Part shown: positions 48,293-55,300 of the stretch, piece by piece
How the letters are laid out: the number at the start of each line of letters is the position of its first letter
Position numbering within the stretch: position 1 is the first letter of the stretch
Assembly (NCBI GenBank): GCA_965116965.1
Contig: OZ220743.1
Span: 3,887,262 to 3,951,261, forward strand
DNA from: Acidimicrobiales bacterium
Lineage (GTDB): Bacteria; Actinomycetota; Acidimicrobiia; Acidimicrobiales; Aldehydirespiratoraceae
Reading direction: 5' to 3'
Length of the DNA: 64,000 nt
The notes under the pieces: model-generated
What the model was told of the DNA's origin: nothing
The model's database searches: none
What the model saw: the letters and a program-made list of their open reading frames with translations, nothing else
Program-made: the position numbers and the translations under genes

Positions 48293-48991
48293 CTAGTCGG
48301 CGGCTGCGACGTCGGCGGGGTCGATCCGGACGCCGGGACCCATTGAAGAGCTGAGCACCATCTTCTTGACGTACTTGCCCTTGGCTGCGGCCGGCTTGGC
48401 CCGCTGGAGCTCGGCCACCACGGCCCGGAGGTTCTTGAGCAGGTCCTCCTCCTCGAACGACGCCCGTCCGATGGGCACATGGACGTTGGCGAAGCGGTCG
48501 GTCCGGTACTCGACCTTGCCCCCCTTGAACTCTTCGATGGTGCGGGCGACGTCGGTGGTGACCGTGCCGGTCTTGGGGTTGGGCATCAGGCCGCGGGGTC
48601 CGAGGATCCGGCCGAGCTTGCCGACCACCGGCATCATGTCGGGCGTGGCGATGGCCACGTCGAAGTCGGTCATGCCCCCCGACACCTGCTCGGCCAGGTC
48701 GTCGGATCCCACGAAGTCGGCGCCGGCCTCGCGGGCCGTGGTGGCGGCCTCGCCCTGCGCGAACACCGCTACCCGCACCTCCTTGCCGGTGCCCGACGGC
48801 AGCGACACCGTGCCCCGCAGCATCTGGTCGGCCTTGCGGGGGTCGACTCCGAGCCGCACGACGACGTCGACGCTCTCGTCGAATCGCCTGGTGGCCAGGC
48901 TCTTCACCAGGCTCACCGCGTCGGCGTCGCTGTGGAGGCGCAGACGGTCGAAACTCTTCGTCGCTTCGACGTGCTTCTTTCCCTTGGCCAT
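48293..48991 (-). CDS. rplA: 50S ribosomal protein L1
   Basis: 232 aa. FDESVDVVVRLGVDPRKADQMLRGTVSLPSGTGK. Confidence 0.97.
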   Translation of the reverse strand: MAKGKKHVEATKSFDRLRLHSDADAVSLVKSLATRRFDESVDVVVRLGVDPRKADQMLRGTVSLPSGTGKEVRVAVFAQGEAATTAREAGADFVGSDDLAEQVSGGMTDFDVAIATPDMMPVVGKLGRILGPRGLMPNPKTGTVTTDVARTIEEFKGGKVEYRTDRFANVHVPIGRASFEEEDLLKNLRAVVAELQRAKPAAAKGKYVKKMVLSSSMGPGVRIDPADVAAAD

Positions 48992-49018
48992 GGTCGCTCC
49001 TGCCTGTCCGCTCGGCCT

Positions 49019-49444
49019 CTATTCGACGGTGACGCCCATCGAGCGGGCCGTGCCCTCGACCTGCGCCTTGGCCGCCTCCAAGTCGTTGGCGTTCAAGTCG
49101 GGCATCTTGATCTCAGCGATCTCAGCGAGTTGGGCGTCGGTGATGGCGCCCACCGTCTCGCGTCCGGGAGTCTCGGCGGCCTTCTCCAAGCCGGCCGCGG
49201 AGCGGATCAGGAACGACGTCGGCGGGGTCTTGGTGATGAACGTGAACGACCGGTCCTCGTAGATCGTTATCTCGGCCGGGATGATCTGGCCCCGCATGTG
49301 GTCGGTGCGGGCGTTGTAGTCCTTGCAGAAGTCCATGATGGCCACCCCGTGGGGGCCCAGCGCGGTGCCGACCGGCGGGGCCGGCGTCGCCTGTCCCGCG
49401 GGGATCTGGATCTTCACTAGGGCTGCAACCTGCTTGCGTGCCAT
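49019..49444 (-). CDS. rplK: 50S ribosomal protein L11
   Basis: 141 aa. [25 protein letters not shown]. Confidence 0.97.
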   Translation of the reverse strand: MARKQVAALVKIQIPAGQATPAPPVGTALGPHGVAIMDFCKDYNARTDHMRGQIIPAEITIYEDRSFTFITKTPPTSFLIRSAAGLEKAAETPGRETVGAITDAQLAEIAEIKMPDLNANDLEAAKAQVEGTARSMGVTVE

Positions 49445-49563
49445 CTGGACTCTCTTGGTATGCGGCGGTGATTCTTGGCCGAGGGCTGACTACTGCGCTT
49501 CGAACGTGGCAGTGTGGCGGCATCGTCGGCGGGCGGCAACCCGCCCGCGGTCTCGAGGGCCGC

Positions 49564-50214
49564 CTATAGGCGGGCTACCTGCGCGAACTCGAGTTCGACG
49601 GGCGTCTCGCGGCCGAAGATGTTGACGAGCACCTTCACCTTGAGCTGATCCTCGTTGATCTCGATGATCTCGCCGGAGAAGTCGGCGAACGGGCCGTCCT
49701 TGACCCGGACGGTCTCCCCCATGCCGTACTCGAACATCGGCTTGGCCCGCTTGGACGCCTCCCGGGAGCGGTCGGCCTCAACACCCAGGAAGGCTTCGAC
49801 GTCGCGGCGGCGCAGGGGCGAGGGGCCCCCGCCCTGGTTCACGAAGCCCGTGACGTTGGGCGTGTCGCGAATGACCGGCCACACCTCGTCATCGAGCTCG
49901 CAACGTACGAACACGTAGCCCGGGAACAGCCGCTTCGAGGAGATCACCTTCTTGCCGTTCTTGAACTCGGGCACATCGCGCAGCGGGATGACCACCTCGT
50001 GGATGCGGCCCTCCATGTTCATCGACGCGGTACGGGCCTCGAGGTTCTGCTTGACCTTCTTCTCGTAACCGGACTGGGTGTGCACGACGAACCACTTGCC
50101 CGGCTTGTCGTAGGGGCTGATGGACTCGACGGGCTCGTCGGCGGAGTCCGCCTCGTCGAACAGGTCGTCCTCGGTGATGACGGCTTGGGATTGCGTGACG
50201 GATGTGTCGGACAT
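49564..50214 (-). CDS. nusG: Transcription termination/antitermination factor NusG
   Basis: 216 aa. WFVVHTQSGYEKKV (NGN domain) and C-terminal KOW (VRVKDGPFADFSGEIIEI). Confidence 0.96.
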   Translation of the reverse strand: MSDTSVTQSQAVITEDDLFDEADSADEPVESISPYDKPGKWFVVHTQSGYEKKVKQNLEARTASMNMEGRIHEVVIPLRDVPEFKNGKKVISSKRLFPGYVFVRCELDDEVWPVIRDTPNVTGFVNQGGGPSPLRRRDVEAFLGVEADRSREASKRAKPMFEYGMGETVRVKDGPFADFSGEIIEINEDQLKVKVLVNIFGRETPVELEFAQVARL

Positions 50215-50222
50215 GGGGTACC

Positions 50223-50519
50223 TCAGGATTCGAAGAGCTCGAGAATGAACGTGGAGAAGATCCAGTCGAGCCCGTAGATCATGGCGGTGAGCACGATCAC
50301 GGTGACGAGCACCACGATCGAGTAGTTGACCGTCTCGGCCCGGCTGGGCCAGGCGACCTTGCGGAGCTCGCCTCGAACCTCGCGCAGGAACTGGCCTGGC
50401 GAAGTGCGCTCGCTGGGCGGCGTCGAGGCCGAGCGGCTGCGGCTGCGGACCGGTTCGCCCTCAACGTCTATCTCGCCCTGCTTCTGGAGCATGCGCTTCT
50501 GCTGACGGTTCATCGCCAT
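50223..50519 (-). CDS. secE: Preprotein translocase subunit SecE
   Basis: 98 aa. FLREVRGELRKVAWPSRAETVNYSIVVLVTVIVLTAMI. Immediately upstream of nusG. Confidence 0.92.
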   Translation of the reverse strand: MAMNRQQKRMLQKQGEIDVEGEPVRSRSRSASTPPSERTSPGQFLREVRGELRKVAWPSRAETVNYSIVVLVTVIVLTAMIYGLDWIFSTFILELFES

Positions 50520-50578
50520 TTGTGGAACTCACCTCGTGTGGGGTTACGACGCAACTGGTCGTGGCCGTCATCGATTCG

Positions 50579-50651
50579 CAGGGGCGGAGGGACTCGAACC
50601 CCCAACCGCCGGTTTTGGAGACCGGTGCTCTACCAATTGAGCCACGCCCCT
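50579..50651 (-). tRNA. tRNA-Trp (anticodon CCA)
   Basis: Hand-folded 73-nt cloverleaf: AGGGGCG acceptor stem, anticodon loop CTCCAAA, T-loop TTCGAGT. Canonical position upstream of secE. Confidence 0.92.
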
Positions 50652-50719
50652 CAGCAGTCCGTCGAAGGCTACCAGTGCACGGCCGCGAACGGCTACGGAC
50701 GAGCGGCCGCAGTACGGTG

Positions 50720-51115
50720 CTAGGAAGCGAGCCTGGCGGCGCGGCGGTGCCGGGCCGTGAAGGCAATGAGGCCGGCCGCGGCGGCCGCTCCCGCGGCGAC
50801 GGTGGCCGCGAAGCGGGGCCTCGTGTCCAGGGCCCACCGATGCCCGTACCGATCGAGGTGCACCAGGATCTGGGACTCGAGCCGGGAGTCGGCCGACGCC
50901 GTGACCTCGCGCAGCGAGCCCATGGCCTCCATCAGGCGCCGGTACCGGGCTTCCTCCACCCGGCACCGCAGACAGGTCGCCAGATGGTCCAACTCCGCGG
51001 GTTCGTGGGCACGGTCGCCGCCCGCGACTGCGGCCAGCACATCACTGACCGACTTGCAGTCGCGGCGCAGGCCCGTCGTGGGGCCGGTCGTCGGGGCGAA
51101 CGGCTCACCCGTCAC
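50720..51115 (-). CDS. Anti-sigma factor (zf-HC2 type), single C-terminal TM
   Basis: 131 aa. HLATCLRC fits the H-x3-C-x2-C motif. TM segment is FAATVAAGAAAAAGLIAF. Overlaps the sigma gene stop by 4 nt. Confidence 0.75.
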   Translation of the reverse strand: MTGEPFAPTTGPTTGLRRDCKSVSDVLAAVAGGDRAHEPAELDHLATCLRCRVEEARYRRLMEAMGSLREVTASADSRLESQILVHLDRYGHRWALDTRPRFAATVAAGAAAAAGLIAFTARHRRAARLAS

Positions 51116-51756
51116 GGTTGAGATTCCTCGCCGGGCATGGGGAGCACCTGTTCACGCAGGCGCCGGCGGGCCCGGTGCAGGCGCACCTTCGCCGCGGTCA
51201 CAGAGATGCCCAGCTCTGCGGCGATGGCTTCGTGGGGAAGGTCGTACAGATCCCGCAGCACCACGACCGAGCGCAGTCGCACCGGAAGGTCGCTGATGGC
51301 GGTGTCGAGTCGCTCGCGCAGTTCCGCCAGGTCTCCTTGAAGGGCCGGGTCGTGGTCGGGCCTGGTGTCGACCACGTCGTCGTAGGCGCCCAGATGGTCG
51401 TGGCGGTGGCGCCGGCGCAGGTTGAGGTGGGTCGTCGAGCAGTTGGCCACTATGCGGTAGAGCCAAGTGCTGAACTGCGCCTCGCCGCGGAAGCGGCCAA
51501 CGCCCTTGTAGGCCCTCAGGTACGCCTCTTGAACCACGTCGCGAGCATCCTCCGTGCTTCCCGTGAGGCGCAGAGCCAGCGCGTACGCGTCGGAGTGGGT
51601 GACCCGCACGAGCCGGTCGAACGCCTCACGGTCCCCGGACCTGGCCAGCTCTACGAGCGCGACCATGTCCGCTGAAGATTGAGACTCGCGATCGGTGCCG
51701 ACGTTACGCGCGGGACCCTCCACGGATCGCAGACGGCGCCGAGGCGACGCGGTCAT
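51112..51756 (-). CDS. ECF-type RNA polymerase sigma-70 family factor
   Basis: Region 2 is DVVQEAYLRAYKGVGRFRGEAQFSTWLYRIVAN. Region 4 is SVVVLRDLYDLPHEAIAAELGISVTAAKVRLHRARRRL. The start is uncertain and could be about 30 codons downstream. Confidence 0.88.
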   Translation of the reverse strand: MTASPRRRLRSVEGPARNVGTDRESQSSADMVALVELARSGDREAFDRLVRVTHSDAYALALRLTGSTEDARDVVQEAYLRAYKGVGRFRGEAQFSTWLYRIVANCSTTHLNLRRRHRHDHLGAYDDVVDTRPDHDPALQGDLAELRERLDTAISDLPVRLRSVVVLRDLYDLPHEAIAAELGISVTAAKVRLHRARRRLREQVLPMPGEESQP

Positions 51757-51783
51757 GCCAGTTGCCCGGGGGCAGGATCCATG

Positions 51784-51857
51784 TAGCGACGGACAGACTC
51801 GAACTGTCGACCTCTCGATTATGAGTCGAGCGCTCTTGCCAACTGAGCTACGTCGCC
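51784..51857 (-). tRNA. tRNA-Met (anticodon CAT, elongator-like)
   Basis: Hand-folded 74 nt: GGCGACG acceptor stem, anticodon loop CTCATAA. The anticodon stem lacks the three G-C pairs typical of initiator tRNA. Confidence 0.88.
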
Positions 51858-51885
51858 GGGAAGGGCAGGCTGGGCGCCTGCGCCG

Positions 51886-51958
51886 AGCTCCCTGTCAGAA
51901 TCGAACTGACGACCTTCTCCTTACCATGGAGACGCTCTGCCGGCTGAGCTAAGGGAGC
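51886..51958 (-). tRNA. tRNA-Thr (anticodon GGT)
   Basis: Hand-folded 73 nt: GCTCCCT acceptor stem, anticodon loop ATGGTAA, T-loop TTCGATT. Confidence 0.9.
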
Positions 51959-52005
51959 GAATCGGCGCCGGAGCGCCGGTCCGCCATGATGCCACATCGG
52001 CGGGT

Positions 52006-52290
52006 CTATACCAACCGCCGGACCGATCTGCCGCAGGCGGTCGGGCCTGAGCCCACCGGCACGACGTCGGCCACATCCGCCTGCTCATCGACGCCTACAC
52101 CGAGCCGGCGGGAGCAGCCCGCGGGCTCCATCACGCGCTCGGCGATCACGTCGGCGTAGGGGCGGCCCGTGACTTCGGTGATGATGTCGGCCGCCACCCA
52201 GTGCGCGGAGAGCGCGTGGTGCTCGTAGCGGCTCTCAGCACCCGTCGCCCAGCCATGGCGGCTCGCTCTGGGACGGAACTGAAGCGGTGG
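52006..52290 (-). pseudogene. Serine hydrolase (beta-lactamase-family) fragment
   Basis: The segment AADIITEVTGRPYADVIAERVMEPAGC resembles the mid-region of class-C-like serine hydrolases (..iie.vtG.py...i.e.i..PlGm). No SxxK motif and no plausible N-terminus. Abuts the A2M gene 3' end. Confidence 0.3.
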
Positions 52291-52312
52291 CCTGCGCGCC
52301 GAGCGGTGGGGC

Positions 52313-55300
52313 TCACCGGTGGTCTTGCACGATGACTGTGTCGGTGCCGGATCGGCCGAATACTTCGGGGGCGTAGATTTCTTCGGCTTTGGCTGGGGGC
52401 ACGACGAAGGTGCCCGGGGTGGTGGCCCGGACGACGTAGCTGTATTCATGGGTACCGGCCCACAGGTACGACGAGAAGGCCTCGGCACGATCGTCGCGGA
52501 GGTTCTGGTGCTCGTACCAAGTCCACCTCCACCATGAATCGGCGGCCCCGCCGCGGCGGGCGTCGATCTCGCCGGTCACCGCCAGTGACGGGTTGAGCGA
52601 CTCGAACCCTGCGGGCATGGGATCGACCAGCGCCATGTTGGTGCGCCGGCTGTCGTTGACCATGGTCACGTTGACCCGCACCTGAGCCCCGGCCAGCACA
52701 TGCCAGACACCATCGTCGTCGAGCCGCACATCGCCGGGATCGTCCACGGCCTCGTAGCTGCGCTGCACCACGAAGCCTCGATCCAGAGGATCCAGGTTGA
52801 GGTCGTCGGGGGCGTAGCGAAGACCGAGGCGGTAGTAGAGGCGGCCCTCTCCGTCCTTGGAGACGATGAGGTCGGAGTCGCCCACGGTCAGCAGCTCCGT
52901 CATCGGGACCAGCGTCAGGGCGCGATCGGTGCTGCGCCCGGAGAACTGGTGTCGGGCGGCGTAGAGGTCGCCGAGCCACACCCGGGCGACGAAGTCGGGA
53001 TCGGTCGCCTCAAAGGCGGCGAAGTAGTGGTTCAGGGCAAGCAGGATGAACGAGTTCTCCTGGACGTTGTTCCAGCGTCCCCTGACCCGGTTGGCCAGCA
53101 GTCCAGCCACGACCTTGGCAATGAGATCCGACTCGGGAGCCATCGTGATCAGGGCATCGAGCACGATGGCGTCGGTGCGGCGGCTGGAGTGCAGCAGCAG
53201 ATAGGCGTCCTCGCCGTAGTCGGTGACGAATGCGGCCGCCCCGGCGGTCTCGACGACTCGGTTGTTGAGTACCCGCTCGATGCTGGCCTCGACGGCGTCG
53301 TCGCCGACTACCGGCCAGATCCAGGCCAGCGCGTCCAACTCCAGATCCGTGCCCCGGCGTTCCCAGAGGGCGCGGGCGGCGCGGGCGTCTCGATCCCCGC
53401 CCAGCGACCGGACATGAAGCGCGTAGGCCAGCAGCATGTCCTTGCTTCGCTGGCTGTAGTGGGCCGGGATCCGGTCCTCGATGCTTTGCAGATACCAGTG
53501 CCCGCTGGACATGACGTCACCCGACACGGTGAAGCCCTCGTTCTTGGCGACTATCAGAGCATGCATCGCCTGAATCGACTGGTACGGGCTCGAAGGACGG
53601 TTGCGCGACCACCAGCCGAAGCCGCCGTCGCTGTTCTGGAGGGCTGACAGTTCGGCGATGTCGCGGCGCACGGTGGCGTCGAGTTCGTCGGGGCTGGCGA
53701 GACCCTGGGCCTCGAAGGCCCCGAGCACGTCGCGCAGTGCGGAGATGGCCAGGATGCGGCTGGCGTAGGCATCGGAGCTGGCGTACCGGTACTCGGAGAG
53801 GTACAGCACGGCGTCGGTCAGGGCCTGGAGCGCGGTCGATGAGGTGTTGATCTCAAGCCCGCCGAACTGGGGAATCACATCTCGCGGCGCCGCTAGCGAC
53901 TGGATGACCGCGCCCTCGTCGACCACCCCGTAGGCAGCGAATGCCTCGCTGGTGGCCGGCGTGTACACCGGCAGGGCGACGATCTGGGCGTCGGCGTGGT
54001 CGCCCGACACCGCCGCCGCCCGGAAGCGGGCTGTGCCCGGTGAGTTCGTTCGCGCCGGGAACCGGACCTCGACCCGGTCGTTGGCGGGCACCGTCACTCG
54101 CCGTCCCGGCGACCCGTCCAGCTCGAGGTTGGAGGTCTGCACGACCACATCCACCTCCATAGCGGCGTCGGTCTGGTTCTGGACCACGATCGGCAGCTCG
54201 AACTCGTCGCCGTAGTTCAGGAACCGGGGGGCCGAGGGCCGGACCTGGAGGGGCAGCCGCGCCGTGATGGCAGCCTCGGCCGTGCCGAAGCGCTCGGCGC
54301 CGTCGACCGCGACCGCCATCACCCGGTAGCGGGTGAGGTTGTCGGGCAGATCGAACTCGACGGTGACCCGGCCCGCGGCGTCGGTGGCTGCGTCGGGGTC
54401 GAACAGCGCCAGAGCGTCGAGGTTCTCGCGGACATCGACTAGGAGTCCTTCCGAGCCAGACCCGTCGCCCGCCTCGGCAGCCGCGGCCTCCGAGTCGGCT
54501 GCCGAGGCGGTCTCCGGGGCTGCGTCGGCTGCCAAGTCCGCCGCGATCTGGCGAAGGAGCTCTTCGGGGCTCTCCAGCAGAATGTTGCCTCTGCCTCGCC
54601 AGGCGCGCAGGCGTGCCGTCCGGGGCCGGTAGAAGACATCGATGGGGTCGAGCAGTTCGTAGCCCGACAAGGCCAGCACCGCCTCGTCCACGACGATGAG
54701 AAGCACGTTGGCCCCCTCGACCGGAGCGCCGCCGGCGTCGTTGACTTCCACCGCGATGCTGGTGGCAACGCCGGGCTTGACCACTTTCGACGCAGGCTCG
54801 GCTGTGACGTCGAGAGTGCGCAGCAAGGGCGAGACTCGCAGCAGGGCCTGCCCGGATGCATAGGCGGGACGATGGGGCACACCGTCCAAGCTGGTTCCGT
54901 CATCGGCGGTCCGTTCGGTGGTGGAGACGATCTCGACCTGCACCGCTAGCTCGGGAACATGATCGTCGGTGATCGGCACTTCGAGAACCGCGGCATGGTC
55001 GGCGATTTCGAAGGTGCGGAGCTCGATGATCTGGTTGTGGGCGATCGTCAGCAGGCCGGTTCCCGAGGCGAAGGGCGAGTCGACGAGGACCTCGGCGGTG
55101 TCGCCCGCGGCGTAGCTCTCGGCGTCGGGAATCAGGGTGGCAACCTCGAGATCGATCCGGCTGCTCGGCGGGCCGCTTCTCGCGCCGGCGACCCAGCGGG
55201 TCAGCTCGCTGCGGCTGGTCCGACCCGCGTCATCGACGACGTGGGCGGAGATGCGGTAGCGGCCTCCGATGCCGGCCGCGAACTCGCAGCCGACCGGCGT

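Noticed and set aside
53755-53800. Thioester (CxEQ) site in the A2M homolog
   Set aside because: The segment aligned by eye to the thioester motif reads EYRYASSDAYASR. I saw no CxEQ motif in the translation, so the protein is described as thioester-less, pending a proper alignment.
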